From the sequence record DRR723986_14582: a DNA stretch of 64,000 bases. One strand, given 5' to 3'. Each line of letters opens with the position of its first letter. Positions within the stretch are counted from its first letter, which is position 1. Both the position numbers and the translations under genes were made by a program. The notes under the pieces are model-generated. The model made no database searches and was not told the DNA's origin. It saw only the letters and a program-made list of their open reading frames with translations. Shown piece after piece: positions 19,176 through 29,951 of this stretch.

Positions 19176-20192
19176 CTAGCCTTCAACTTCCTTGATCGTC
19201 TTCACAACACGCGAGACGATCTTGTATGGATCTGCCTGAGAGTTCGGACGACGATCTTCCAAGTAGCCTTTGTAGCCGTTGTTCACAAACGCGTGAGGAA
19301 CTCGGATAGAAGCTCCACGGTTCGCAACGCCCCAGTTGAACTTGTCGATCGACTGAGTTTCGTGAAGTCCAGTCAGACGCAAGTGGTTGTCAGGACCGTA
19401 GGCAGCAATGTGCTCGTTGGCGTTCTTCTCAAACGCAGCCATGAGCTTCTTGAAGTACTCTTCGCCACCGGTTTCACGCATGTACTTCGTGGAGAAGTTA
19501 CAGTGCATGCCGGAACCGTTCCAGTCGCCAGAAACTGGCTTGCAGTGGAATTCGATGTCCAGGCCGTACTTTTCAGCAGTTCGCAGCAACAGGTAACGAG
19601 CGACCCAGATGTCGTCACCGATCTTGCGAGAGCCAGGAGTCATGACTTGGAATTCCCACTGACCCTTAGCAACCTCAGCATTGATGCCTTCGTGGTTGAT
19701 GCCAGCGTCCAAGCAAAGCTCTAGGTGCTCATCGACAAGTTGGCGAGCGATATCGCCGGAGTCTTTGTAGCCGACACCACAATAGTAGGTGCCCTGTGGA
19801 CCTGGATAACCTTCTTCGGGGAAGCCGAGCGGGCGGCCGTTCTCCATGAAGAAGTATTCTTGCTCAAGGCCGAACCAGTAATCTGGTTCGTCATCGATGG
19901 TCGCGCGGAAATTGGATGGGTGCGGAGTCAGGTCTGGGTTGAGAACCTCACACATGACGATGAAGGCATTCTTGCGGCCCGAGTCAGGGTACAGACCAAC
20001 TGGCTTGAGCATGCAATCGGAGCTGCTGCCGTCTGCTTGTTGAGTTGAACTACCGTCGAAGCCCCACATCGGGCAGTCGTCGATCGACTCAGGCGCCTTG
20101 TCAACAATCTTTGTTTTGCCACGCAGGTTCGGTTCGGGCAGGTAACCGTCTAGCCAGATATACTCCAACTTGTACTTGCTGTCTGAAGACAT
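19176..20192 (-). CDS. glnII: Glutamine synthetase type II (short, eukaryote-like form)
   Basis: 338 aa; LEYIWLDG, WGFDGSST, GQWEFQ, DWNGSGMH, NRGASIR, YLEDRRP. Confidence 0.93.
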   Translation of the reverse strand: MSSDSKYKLEYIWLDGYLPEPNLRGKTKIVDKAPESIDDCPMWGFDGSSTQQADGSSSDCMLKPVGLYPDSGRKNAFIVMCEVLNPDLTPHPSNFRATIDDEPDYWFGLEQEYFFMENGRPLGFPEEGYPGPQGTYYCGVGYKDSGDIARQLVDEHLELCLDAGINHEGINAEVAKGQWEFQVMTPGSRKIGDDIWVARYLLLRTAEKYGLDIEFHCKPVSGDWNGSGMHCNFSTKYMRETGGEEYFKKLMAAFEKNANEHIAAYGPDNHLRLTGLHETQSIDKFNWGVANRGASIRVPHAFVNNGYKGYLEDRRPNSQADPYKIVSRVVKTIKEVEG

Positions 20193-20547
20193 TCCACACT
20201 TTCTCGCATACGAACACTGTTACTGAGAGTCATCCAGCTTGATGCTGTGCGAATTAATACCGATCCGCCTCTGTATGATCGCTCGGCCCATTCTTGGCCG
20301 ACTGCAGTGCTCGGAATCGAAGTCCCTACCCAAAAGACATTCGGTCCAGCACTTGATTCCATTCACGCGGAGGCGCCGCAGCACCAACCGCACTCAGTTC
20401 ATCAGCGATGACGGGCACTAAACTAGCATCGCGGAGCCCCGCAATCAAGCTACCCGTGGGCCGGTCAATGGGTGCATCGCCACCCGTAAATACCGAAAAC
20501 GAGGGCTTGGTAGAGCGCATTTTGCCGTAGCGCCCACCAGCCTCCCC

Positions 20548-20889
20548 CTAACGGCCCTTGCAGGCGTCGATCATCTCCTTGGAACAGCCCTCAGCCTCGC
20601 AATCCTTTTCACAATCTTCAAAGTGCGGCTTGGAGTTTTCTGTTGAATGTTCCACTTGGCTAGAGTCTAACGTTCCATCGCGTTGCATTTGCTCGCGAAG
20701 TTCACGGCAGGCATCCGACGGTTGGGAACAGAGAGAGCAAGACGTGCTGCCGTCCGGGTTCGTTTTGTTGTTCAGACCACCGCAAGAACCTGCGATCGGC
20801 TTTCGCCCAAACATCACGCCAACAGCCATGCCGGCAATCACCAGCACCAAGGCGCCAAAGGTCACGCCGAAAACCATAAGCATTGGCAT
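20548..20889 (-). CDS. nqrM: Na+-NQR maturation factor NqrM, C-terminally extended
   Basis: Single TM helix then MAVGVMFGRKPIAGSCGGL and Cys cluster; follows apbE in the nqr operon. Confidence 0.85.
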   Translation of the reverse strand: MPMLMVFGVTFGALVLVIAGMAVGVMFGRKPIAGSCGGLNNKTNPDGSTSCSLCSQPSDACRELREQMQRDGTLDSSQVEHSTENSKPHFEDCEKDCEAEGCSKEMIDACKGR

Positions 20890-20924
20890 GTTCGTTCTCC
20901 GTTTACTTGCACCGAGCTGTGACT

Positions 20925-20971
20925 CAATAGGCTACCAGGGACGGCCTCCAAGGACCAATCGGCTACCAGGG
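20925..20971. repeat. Two 16-bp direct repeats (CAATAGGCTACCAGGG / CAATCGGCTACCAGGG), 31-bp period
   Basis: Copies read at 20925-20940 and 20956-20971, one mismatch. Confidence 0.75.
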
Positions 20972-20995
20972 CACCCTGAATACAATATGTCGCAT

Positions 20996-22084
20996 CTACT
21001 GCGTCGGCAACTCAGCAACTTGATCTGCATCAGCCGAAACGGCTAAGTCTTGCGGCAACAGCCGGCTGAAGCCTTCTGTTGCACCTACTTGCAAATCCCC
21101 CGCGACGTCTCGCACCAGCATGACGTTCCAGTTATTTGCTTCCGCAAAAGTCAGGGCTTCGTCGCCAAGCACCATCATGGAGGTTGCGATTGCATCCGCT
21201 TCTGCACACGTGCTTGCAACTACACTGGCTTGCAAAATTGAAGCAGGAGCAGGTTTGCCGGTTCGTGGGTCAATTGTGTGCCAATACTTCTCACCATCGA
21301 GAATGTAAAAGTTCCGATAGTTCCCACTGCTTGCCAAAGCCTGACCGCTCAACTCAATTGCGGTTAGCAGCTCACGCCCCTGCTCGATGGGTTTTTCGAC
21401 CCCGGCCTTCCAACGAGCTTTCGGCCCCTTGAATCCCGATGCGCGAATTTCGCCACCAATTTCTACAAAATACGAGTGTAGCCCGAGCTCTTCTAGCTCG
21501 TCGGCAACGCGATCAACGCCATGACCTTTCGCGATTGCGTTCATGTCGACACGCAAGCTGGCGACCTTCTTTCGCAACGCTGGCGGATCTAACCGCACGT
21601 CCAGGTTTTCGCTCCCGGTGCGTTGCATCGTTTCTGCGATATCGGCCTCTTCAGGTGCGTCACCACGTCGACGACTTGGTCCAAAGCCCCACAAATCCAC
21701 GACGGGACCGACGGTAATGTCGAAAGCCCCATCAGTGGCCTTGGAAATCTCGAGGGCCAATTGAGCAACTTGAGCCGTCTCAACGGACACATCAAACCAG
21801 TCCGTCGAGGTCGAGGTGTTGAATCGAGACAGTTCACTCGAGGCTATGTAAGTTGACATTTGAGCATTGACCGACTCCAGAACAGCGTCGACCCTCTGCT
21901 CAACCATTTGCTGGCTTGGACCGCCTTCGACCGGCATGTACTTAACTGCAAACGTCGTCCCCATGGTGTGCCCTTGGATCATCTGGGCAACGGGGATCTG
22001 GATAGCCTGAGGCTGTTGCTGGCAGCCACCAGCTAATGCGACAAGCAGGCAAAGAAAAGCGACGTATCGTGTTGCTCTAGCCAT
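20996..22084 (-). CDS. apbE: FAD:protein FMN transferase ApbE (lipoprotein)
   Basis: Lipobox AGGC; TMGT, AFDITVGP, AIAKG, ASSGNY, IDPRTG, ADAIAT. Confidence 0.93.
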   Translation of the reverse strand: MARATRYVAFLCLLVALAGGCQQQPQAIQIPVAQMIQGHTMGTTFAVKYMPVEGGPSQQMVEQRVDAVLESVNAQMSTYIASSELSRFNTSTSTDWFDVSVETAQVAQLALEISKATDGAFDITVGPVVDLWGFGPSRRRGDAPEEADIAETMQRTGSENLDVRLDPPALRKKVASLRVDMNAIAKGHGVDRVADELEELGLHSYFVEIGGEIRASGFKGPKARWKAGVEKPIEQGRELLTAIELSGQALASSGNYRNFYILDGEKYWHTIDPRTGKPAPASILQASVVASTCAEADAIATSMMVLGDEALTFAEANNWNVMLVRDVAGDLQVGATEGFSRLLPQDLAVSADADQVAELPTQ

Positions 22085-22265
22085 GACTTGTCAGCCTAAC
22101 TTGGTTTGACGCTTTCGGATTTGGTCACAATGAAGCGACCATCCACAGGGAGCAGGAGAACCGCCCAGCAGGGAGGTGCTTGACGGTCCGCATTGCGATT
22201 CCAAGTCGACGGTGCAGCAACTGAGCCGGCGCAAAATTGCACCTGCGCGGCTGCGTAGCAAATCA

Positions 22266-23486
22266 CTACCCACCAAAGTCGTCAAAGGCGATATTCTCAG
22301 GTTCAACACCCAGATCGTCGAGCATCTTGAAGACTGCTGCATTCATCATCGGTGGACCGCACAAGTAGTACTCAATGTCTTCCGGTGCTGCGTGATCCTT
22401 CAGATAGTTCTCAAGAACGACTTGGTGGATGAACCCAACGTAGCCATCCCAATTGTCTTCTTCCTTCGGTTCCGAAAGAGCAATGTTGAACTTGAAGTTC
22501 GGAAAGTCCTTCTCAATGCCACGGAAGTGATCGATGTAGAACAACTCACGCGAGCTACGACCGCCGTACCAGTAAGATACCTTTCGGTCGGTTTTGCGAT
22601 TCTTAAAGAGTTCGAAAATGTGGCTTCGCAGCGGTGCCATACCAGCACCACCACCGATGTAAACCATTTCGTTCTCGGTGTCCTTGATGAAGAACTCACC
22701 GTAAGGGCCACTGATCGTGACTTTGTCTCCGGGCTTCAGCCCAAAGATGTAGGAGCTCATCTTGCCAGGCGGAGTACCTTCCGGAGCTCGGGGTGGTGGC
22801 GAAGCGACCCGAACGTTGAGCATGATGATGCCCTTCTCGCCGGGATAGTTCGCCATCGAGTAAGCACGAACGACAGGCTCATCAACTTCCGATGTGTACC
22901 GCCAAACGTCGTATGTATCCCAATCCTCGTGGAATTCCTCTTCGATCGCAAAGTCTTTGTAGTGGACCACGTGTGGTGGGCATTCAATCTGGATGTAACC
23001 ACCCGATTTGAAACCGACCTCTTCGCCCTCAGGAAGCTCAAGCACGAGCTCCTTGATAAAGGTGGCTACATTGCGATTGGACCGGACCGTGCATTCCCAC
23101 TTCTTTGTCTCGAAGACTTCAGGGGGAACTTCGATCTTCATGTCCTGCTTAACTGCAACTTGGCAGCTCAAGCGGTAGCCTTCTTTAGCTTCTTTGTTGT
23201 TGATGTGCGACTTCTCAGTTTCGAGAATGTCTCCACCGCCATCATGCACCTTGACGAGACATTGGGCGCAGGTACCACCACCACCGCAAGCACTTGAAAC
23301 GAAGATGCCTTCGTCAGCCAAACAGCTCAGCAGCTTACCACCAGCGGGCACGTTGAGTGTCTTCGAGCCATTGATCTCCAGCGCGACGTCCCCTGACGGC
23401 ACGAAGGCTTTCTTCGCCAACAGAATGACCGCTACCAGAACGATCACGAGAACAGTGAAGACGGCTACGCCGAGAATAACTTCCAT
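22266..23486 (-). CDS. nqrF: Na+-translocating NADH:quinone reductase subunit F
   Basis: [12 protein letters not shown] 2Fe-2S motif, [24 protein letters not shown]-terminal FDDFGG. Confidence 0.97.
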   Translation of the reverse strand: MEVILGVAVFTVLVIVLVAVILLAKKAFVPSGDVALEINGSKTLNVPAGGKLLSCLADEGIFVSSACGGGGTCAQCLVKVHDGGGDILETEKSHINNKEAKEGYRLSCQVAVKQDMKIEVPPEVFETKKWECTVRSNRNVATFIKELVLELPEGEEVGFKSGGYIQIECPPHVVHYKDFAIEEEFHEDWDTYDVWRYTSEVDEPVVRAYSMANYPGEKGIIMLNVRVASPPPRAPEGTPPGKMSSYIFGLKPGDKVTISGPYGEFFIKDTENEMVYIGGGAGMAPLRSHIFELFKNRKTDRKVSYWYGGRSSRELFYIDHFRGIEKDFPNFKFNIALSEPKEEDNWDGYVGFIHQVVLENYLKDHAAPEDIEYYLCGPPMMNAAVFKMLDDLGVEPENIAFDDFGG

Positions 23487-23586
23487 TAGACCAATGCCCT
23501 AGAACACAATCTTGAATCGGACAGTTGAATATTCATTGTCGGCCAACAGCAAACCTTCGTTGTCAGCCGATGCTTACCAAGTCAAA

Positions 23587-24204
23587 TTACAGTTGGATAC
23601 CTGAGAAGGCCATGAACGCCATCGCGATCAGACCAACCGTAATAAACGTGATTCCTAAACCGCGGAGTCCGGCTGGGATATCGCTGTAACGCATCTTCTC
23701 CCGAACGGCAGCTAGTGCGACCAAGGCCAGTGCCCAGCCAAATCCTGAACCGACACCGAAAACAACGCTCTCTGTTAAGTCAAAGTCGCGCTGTTCCATG
23801 AGAAGCGAACCACCAAGGATGGCGCAGTTCACGGTGATCAACGGAAGGAAGATCCCCAGTGCGTTGTAAAGTGGCGGGAAGAATCGATCGAGCACCATCT
23901 CAAGAATCTGCACGCTAGCGGCAATCACACCGATGAACGTGATCAGTTTCAAAAATGTGAGATCGGTCTGAGCGTAATTGCTGCCCAGCCATGGCTCCAA
24001 GGCACCCTTCTTGAGCACGTTGGTGTAAATCAAGTTGTTGATTGGAATCGTCAGCGCTTGAACAACGATGACCGCGACTCCCAATCCCAACGCAGTTTTT
24101 ACGCTCTTCGAAACGGCTAGGAAGGTACACATGCCGAGAAAGAGGCTGAGTGCCAAGTTCTCAACAAAGACTGCCTTCATAAACAAGCTGAGATAATGTT
24201 CCAC
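23587..24204 (-). CDS. nqrE: Na+-NQR subunit E
   Basis: [34 protein letters not shown]. Confidence 0.97.
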   Translation of the reverse strand: MEHYLSLFMKAVFVENLALSLFLGMCTFLAVSKSVKTALGLGVAVIVVQALTIPINNLIYTNVLKKGALEPWLGSNYAQTDLTFLKLITFIGVIAASVQILEMVLDRFFPPLYNALGIFLPLITVNCAILGGSLLMEQRDFDLTESVVFGVGSGFGWALALVALAAVREKMRYSDIPAGLRGLGITFITVGLIAMAFMAFSGIQL

Positions 24205-24207
24205 CGC

Positions 24208-24834
24208 TTATGCCTCCTCAACCTGATCTGGTTTGAACGTTCGGTTCAACCAGATGATGATGCCGATAATGAAAAACGCACTTGGTGAAAGCAGCATCAG
24301 ACCGTTTGGTGCATACCAGCCACCTTCGGTAACCGGATTCAAAACGGTAAACCCAAACAGCTTTCCGGAACCAAACAGCTCTCGGAAGAATGCGACCGTC
24401 ATTAGGATGAAGCTGTAGCCAAGGCCGTTGCCGACCCCGTCAAGGAAGCTCATCTTCACATCGTTCTTCATCGCAAAACCTTCTGCACGCCCCATGACGA
24501 TACAGTTGGTGATGATCAGCCCGACGAATACGGCGAGCGTTTTACTTGTTTCGAAAAGGAATGCTTTCAGCACTTGATCGACAAGAATCACCAGGGAAGC
24601 AATGACGACCATTTGAACAATGATTCGAATGCTACTTGGGATACGATGCCGAATCAGGCTCACTGAAGCACTTGCACAGCCGGTCACCAAAATAACCGCG
24701 ATGCTCATTACGAGCGAGGCTGTCATCTGAGTGGTCACAGCCAGCGCTGAGCAAATTCCTAGTACCTGCAACCCGATCGGATTATTGTCGAAGATCGGTT
24801 TCAGCAGGACGTCTTTAGCCGTTGGAGCTGCCAT
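24208..24834 (-). CDS. nqrD: Na+-NQR subunit D
   Basis: [16 protein letters not shown] and [14 protein letters not shown]. Start at ATG 24834 (MAAPTAK). Confidence 0.96.
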   Translation of the reverse strand: MAAPTAKDVLLKPIFDNNPIGLQVLGICSALAVTTQMTASLVMSIAVILVTGCASASVSLIRHRIPSSIRIIVQMVVIASLVILVDQVLKAFLFETSKTLAVFVGLIITNCIVMGRAEGFAMKNDVKMSFLDGVGNGLGYSFILMTVAFFRELFGSGKLFGFTVLNPVTEGGWYAPNGLMLLSPSAFFIIGIIIWLNRTFKPDQVEEA

Positions 24835-25780
24835 CCGATTCCCCTTCTTCTTCAGCGGTTTCGTTGGTTGTTTCTTCTTCTGAGCCCTCGTCAGACTCAT
24901 CTGCCTGTTCTTCTGGCTTGTCATCCGAACCGGCAGGCTCTTGCTCGTCTTCGCTGGTAGCGGAGCTACCCTCACCAGAGCCATCAGACTCAGCGGCAAG
25001 CTTGCGTACGTAAGGACCGAAGCCCTGATCGCTGAACCAGTACTTCAGCATTGAATCGACACCGCGACTGGTGATCGTTGCACCGGACAAGCCGTCGACC
25101 ATATAGTCTTCCAGATTGGAAGGCGGTGCTGCTTTCGCAACGCCAACTCGCAGGCTGTCATCAACCCGCGGCTCATCTTCAGCCCAAATCTGCTTCCCAA
25201 CCCACTTCTCTTTCCAAAGCGGATTGTCAACTTCACCACCGAGCCCAGGCGTTTCGCCGTGTTCGTAATAGGTTAAGCCGTTGATGGTCCGATAGTCGTT
25301 GTCGATCGCGACATAGCCGTAAAGCGTTGACCAAAGTCCCATGCCATAGACGGGCAAAACAACTTGCTCAACCTTGCCACTACTGTCTTTGACCAAGTAG
25401 ACCCAAGTTTGCTTTTCGCGGTCGGCAAGTCCGATGTCAAAACTGCCCTCGATCGGCGTGTTCAGCTCGGGGTCCTTGGCTGCCGCCTTCTCGTCGTAAT
25501 CCTCATTGGGATCTTTGACATATTCACCAGTGGCGATGTCCAGCAGCTCTTTCGAGAAACGCGTGTTGAACAGCTCTTCAACTTCGGCACCGGAGAGTTC
25601 CTTGACAGGTTTTTCCGAGATGCCAGAGGCTGCGATGATGTTGCGATAGCGGTCAATCCGCTTGTTCGCCGCTTGCAAGCCCTTGAGTGAAACAGCAGCT
25701 CCACTCACGACTAGCGAGCAAACAACGCACAGCACCAGTGAAACAATGATCGTGTTTGCAATGGAGTCCTTATTAAGCAT
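24815..25780 (-). CDS. nqrC: Na+-NQR subunit C with acidic C-terminal tail
   Basis: [19 protein letters not shown] and FMN-attachment motif [10 protein letters not shown]. Confidence 0.96.
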   Translation of the reverse strand: MLNKDSIANTIIVSLVLCVVCSLVVSGAAVSLKGLQAANKRIDRYRNIIAASGISEKPVKELSGAEVEELFNTRFSKELLDIATGEYVKDPNEDYDEKAAAKDPELNTPIEGSFDIGLADREKQTWVYLVKDSSGKVEQVVLPVYGMGLWSTLYGYVAIDNDYRTINGLTYYEHGETPGLGGEVDNPLWKEKWVGKQIWAEDEPRVDDSLRVGVAKAAPPSNLEDYMVDGLSGATITSRGVDSMLKYWFSDQGFGPYVRKLAAESDGSGEGSSATSEDEQEPAGSDDKPEEQADESDEGSEEETTNETAEEEGESDGSSNG

Positions 25781-27092
25781 AACGCAGGGCCCTCCGTTTA
25801 ATGTTTGCCTGAACGACGAAGTAGTCGATCAACGGAGCGAATACGTTGCCGAACAGAATGGCCAGCATGATCCCCTCAGGGAAAGCTGGGTTGATAGCCC
25901 GAATCAAGATTGTCATGGCACCAATCAGGCCACCATAGAACCACTTGCCAGTCTCCGTCATCGACGCACTGACCGGGTCAGTAGCCATGAAGACAGTCCC
26001 GAATGCAAAACCTCCGATGACTAGGTGCCACCACGGAGGAATGTCGAACATGTAATTGGTTTCGCTTCCAACGATGTACAGAAGCGAGGAGAACGCGACA
26101 GCGCCGATAACGCAGCCAGCCATGATTCGCCAAGAGCCGATGCCGGCGGCGATCAAAATGGCTGCACCGATCAAACACGCTAGTGCACTGGTTTCACCCA
26201 TCGAACCTGGAATCGTTCCGAGGAACGACCCCATCCAAGTGATCGACATTTCCGGCACGCCGCCAGCAATACTGGCTGAGGTAGAAACGGTGTTCAGCGA
26301 CTCCATCGCCGACTGATATCCCATTTCGTCTACGATCTTCGGCGTTACCGCGGCCAACTGGCCGAGTGCTGTCGCGCCGGAGTAGCCGTCGACGCCACCG
26401 TCAGTGGCAACCTTGGCTGCCGTCCAAACCTTATCGCCAGAAATTTGCCCAGCGTAGGCGAAGTACAGGAACGCTCGAGCAGTCAGTGCTGGGTTCATAA
26501 AGTTCCGGCCAGTACCGCCGAAAATCTCTTTACCCACAACGACACCGAACATGATGCCCAAGGCCACTTGCCAGAGTGGAATATCGGGCGGCAAGGTCAG
26601 CGGGAAAAGCAATCCAGTAACGAGGAAGCCCTCGTTGACTTCGTGTCCGCGAATACAACTGAAGATCACTTCGCAGATACCACCGGCTGTCATGCAGACG
26701 ATGTAAATCGGCAGAAAGAAGATCGCTCCGTAGACGAGATTGTCTAGGAAACTCTTCGGGTTATGACCGAGGCCAATTGATTCGTGGATTGTGTGATGCC
26801 AATCGTACCCAGGCTCAAGCCCGGCAGCCAACATCGCTTCGATCGCCAGATTGGCTTGCAGTCCAGTGTTCCACATTGCCATGAAGACACACGGAATCAG
26901 AGCGACGACAACCATGGTCATCATCCGCTTCAGATCCAAGGAATCACGCACGTGCGTCAGTCCTTTGGCAACCATTCCCGGAGTGTACAGGAATGTGTCT
27001 GCGGCTTCGTAAAGTGGATACAGCCGTTCAAATTTGCCACCCTTGTCAAACAAAGGGTGCATCTTGTCCAGCGTGTCACGCAAAAATTTCAT
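25773..27092 (-). CDS. nqrB: Na+-NQR subunit B
   Basis: [27 protein letters not shown] site, MATDPVS. Start at ATG 27092. Confidence 0.97.
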   Translation of the reverse strand: MKFLRDTLDKMHPLFDKGGKFERLYPLYEAADTFLYTPGMVAKGLTHVRDSLDLKRMMTMVVVALIPCVFMAMWNTGLQANLAIEAMLAAGLEPGYDWHHTIHESIGLGHNPKSFLDNLVYGAIFFLPIYIVCMTAGGICEVIFSCIRGHEVNEGFLVTGLLFPLTLPPDIPLWQVALGIMFGVVVGKEIFGGTGRNFMNPALTARAFLYFAYAGQISGDKVWTAAKVATDGGVDGYSGATALGQLAAVTPKIVDEMGYQSAMESLNTVSTSASIAGGVPEMSITWMGSFLGTIPGSMGETSALACLIGAAILIAAGIGSWRIMAGCVIGAVAFSSLLYIVGSETNYMFDIPPWWHLVIGGFAFGTVFMATDPVSASMTETGKWFYGGLIGAMTILIRAINPAFPEGIMLAILFGNVFAPLIDYFVVQANIKRRALRYA

Positions 27093-27099
27093 TGAACGC

Positions 27100-28449
27100 C
27101 TAGCCCTCTTTTTCAATCGTTAGAAGGTTGTCACGCAAAATTTCGCCGTACTCGTATTTGCCAGGGCACACGAAAGTACACAGCCCGAGATCTTCTTCGT
27201 CGAGCTCCAGGCAACCCAGTTCCTGGGAAGTGATGGTGTCTCGCGAAATGAGCGACCGCAAAAGTAATGTAGGTAGTAGGTCGAGCGGCATTACTTTTTC
27301 GTAGCTGCCAATTGGAACCATTGCTCGTTCACTGCCGCCGGTGCTGGTCGTTAGCGAGAAACGCTCAGGGCCAGCCCAGGCACCAGCAAAAGCTCTGGTA
27401 ACGGAAAATCGCTTGAATCCAGGCATTTGCCAGCCGAGGAATTCCCGTTCGTTGCCTTCTTCCAAGCAGGAAACCTGCAAGTGAAAACGGCCCAAGTAGC
27501 CCTGCGGATCAACCGCAGCCCTACCACAAAGCACCGAACCGGAGACAACTCGATTGTTTTCGCCCGTCAGTTCACCGTCGACCAACTGCGATAGCGAAGC
27601 ACCAACTTGGGTCTTCACCAATCTAGGCTTGCTAACCGACGGACCGGCCAGCGAGATCACTCGCGACATATCCAATTGCCCAGTCAGGAACAAATGTCCG
27701 ACCGCAATCGCATCTTGATAATTTGCATGCCAGTTGACTCGGCCCGCTGAAGCAGGCTTGAGGAAGTGCATGTGCGTTCCGACCAGACCCGCTGGATGGG
27801 GGCCGTCAAATTCGGCAACCTGGACACCGCGAATTGTCTCGCCTGGAATCTCGCTTCCAGGTCGACGAATCAAATAGGTTGGCCCATCAACCAGTCGACT
27901 CAGTACCGAAACGCCAGCTTCGAAAGCCTCGCGTCGATCCGCGATAACGATGCTTGGGTCGCAGGCGAGCGGATTGGTATCCATCGCATTGATGAATAAT
28001 GCCTGCGCGGTAGAGGTGGGCGAAGGGACACGCGAGAACGGACGCGTTCTCAAGCAGGTCCACAACCCAGACTCAACTAGCTGATCAATGACATCCTGTC
28101 GCGGGAGATCAAGCAAAGCCCCTGAGTCGTGCGACTTGAACTGACGCTGTCCATCGCCATCTTTGTCGAGGATCAGCGAAAGGAACCGCCGTTTTTCTCC
28201 TCGATTGATCGAATGCACCCGCCCTGCGGCAGGTGCTGTATAGACGACGCCTTCTGTTTTTTTGTCGGAGAATATCGGCTGGCCCAGCTCAACTGTGTCG
28301 CCTTCGCCAACCAGGAGCGTTGGTCGCATGCCAATATAGTCGTCCGCCACCAAGGCCACTTGGCTGACCTCTTTGACGTCGATATCGGCCGAAGCCTCTC
28401 CGCTGATCGGAAGGTCTAACCCACGACCAATCTCAAAACGATCTACCAT
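27100..28449 (-). CDS. nqrA: Na+-NQR subunit A
   Basis: [38 protein letters not shown]. Start at ATG 28449 with SD-like GAGAGGG. Confidence 0.96.
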   Translation of the reverse strand: MVDRFEIGRGLDLPISGEASADIDVKEVSQVALVADDYIGMRPTLLVGEGDTVELGQPIFSDKKTEGVVYTAPAAGRVHSINRGEKRRFLSLILDKDGDGQRQFKSHDSGALLDLPRQDVIDQLVESGLWTCLRTRPFSRVPSPTSTAQALFINAMDTNPLACDPSIVIADRREAFEAGVSVLSRLVDGPTYLIRRPGSEIPGETIRGVQVAEFDGPHPAGLVGTHMHFLKPASAGRVNWHANYQDAIAVGHLFLTGQLDMSRVISLAGPSVSKPRLVKTQVGASLSQLVDGELTGENNRVVSGSVLCGRAAVDPQGYLGRFHLQVSCLEEGNEREFLGWQMPGFKRFSVTRAFAGAWAGPERFSLTTSTGGSERAMVPIGSYEKVMPLDLLPTLLLRSLISRDTITSQELGCLELDEEDLGLCTFVCPGKYEYGEILRDNLLTIEKEG

Positions 28450-28524
28450 TTCCCTCTCACCTATCGATGGTGGGACACGGCCCGCAGGGCTATGCCACAA
28501 CGCGCCGCACGGACACTGCCGACT

Positions 28525-28542
28525 TTGTGAAAACTTTCACAA
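28525..28542. promoter_or_regulatory. Palindromic operator TTGTGAA-AACT-TTCACAA, matching the Rex consensus
   Basis: Exact match to TTGTGAANNNNTTCACAA about 75 bp upstream of the nqrA start codon. Confidence 0.8.
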
Positions 28543-28770
28543 GCGGTTATCAAAAATAATCCCACTGGACTTCCGCATTGCCAAATGCTGACCTGGCAAG
28601 AGAAACACAGAGGGAAATACAAGACGTTGCAAATGACATCGAGCCTCACGAGGCAAGATCGTCAGTGCATTCAGGTCGTCAGTTAATATTACGACCACCT
28701 GCGGTTCTGACAACGCCATTTGACCGGGTGAGGCATTTTTGCGCGGATGTTTCGAGTGGCGAAAACACGC

Positions 28771-29745
28771 CTAATCGTCCAAGTCAGGAAACGCGGCTCG
28801 GTAGATGTCGGCAGCCTCTTGTTGGGGAAATTTCCATCCCAGGTCCGCAAGGGTGTCGCGTCGTTTCTTAAGTGCCCATTTGCGGTCGACGAACCGACCA
28901 TAGTCCTCAATCAATGCTAGTGCTTGGCCGTACATGGCCTTCTTTCGCAGCATCCGAATCTCCAGCAAGATGAATTCTTGACGTCCCTTGCCAGCAAATT
29001 GAAAAAGCGATTCCGCCGCCCCCAGTAGTCGCTCTGCATGCGCTTCTGGATCGTCGAGTGGCTGCTTCTCGATCACTTCGGGCAGCTCTCGGTATGCCAA
29101 AGCTCTTGCTCGACGGTACATCGTAAACGCTACCGCGCGGTCTTTTGTCGCCTTCTCAAGTTGCGCTTCGTCGAGCAACTTCAAAACGAATTCGGCCGAA
29201 GTGGCGATCTCCTCCGGGTACTGCTTCCTATAGACGTATTGATCCAACCAATGCAGGTGCAGTTGCCGAATCCCTAGATCACGCGGATGCTCCTCGAGCA
29301 GCTTCCTGAGCACTGCCGTGTCGCTTCCCTTTGGCTTTGCCCCCTCACCAATCAACTTGGCTCTCAAATCCGACGCCAAGCCGGCCGGATCAACACTGGG
29401 CTCTTTCCAGACCTTCTGCTTCGCAACCGCCGGCGGTGCGTCCCAGAGCGGTTCCTCATTCAAGGATCCTGGCTGCCACGCCTCCAACCACCGCTGCTGA
29501 GCCGCGAGCTCATCACGAAGCGGCGACTTGCCGGTCGAAGCCAACTGGACCGCAATTGAATCCAACTGCGCCTGACGCCAAGCTGACGCAGCAGCGTCGG
29601 TCGGCTCAACAAGCAATTCGATTTGCCCCATGCATGGTTCAGCCGATGCGAATTGCATCAGGCCCAACAGCATCGCAATTACGCGAAAGTGAATCGGGGC
29701 TTCAATAAATAGCTTCACTGCGTCAATTCTCACTTCCGCTCTCAC
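28771..29745 (-). CDS. Hypothetical helical protein, probably secreted
   Basis: 324-aa ORF with a hydrophobic N-terminal stretch; start uncertain. Confidence 0.75.
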   Translation of the reverse strand: MRAEVRIDAVKLFIEAPIHFRVIAMLLGLMQFASAEPCMGQIELLVEPTDAAASAWRQAQLDSIAVQLASTGKSPLRDELAAQQRWLEAWQPGSLNEEPLWDAPPAVAKQKVWKEPSVDPAGLASDLRAKLIGEGAKPKGSDTAVLRKLLEEHPRDLGIRQLHLHWLDQYVYRKQYPEEIATSAEFVLKLLDEAQLEKATKDRAVAFTMYRRARALAYRELPEVIEKQPLDDPEAHAERLLGAAESLFQFAGKGRQEFILLEIRMLRKKAMYGQALALIEDYGRFVDRKWALKKRRDTLADLGWKFPQQEAADIYRAAFPDLDD

Positions 29746-29951
29746 CAGAAAGGCTCACAACAGGGCGACTCAAATCGCTCTTTAAATGACTTGGTTGGCC
29801 AAACGCCCCAACCAGTCGACCGGCTAACGACTTGCCCAGAAGCCGCAAAGCCGCCTCAGAGATGAGGCTAGTCGCGTCCCGAGCAAAAAACACCCCTCAA
29901 GAGCGGCTTTTCAGCCCGAACTTGTCGCGCCTACCGAGAGAAGCCTGGCTG

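Noticed and set aside
22176-23297. 373-aa ORF antisense to nqrF
   Set aside because: In-register shadow of a codon-biased conserved gene; no motifs or RBS. The same applies to antisense ORFs over glnS, glnII and clpX.
24835-24999. 55-aa N-terminal extension of NqrD in the ORF track
   Set aside because: It overlaps the nqrC tail in another frame; ATG 24834 has a GGGGA SD and gives a normal-length NqrD.
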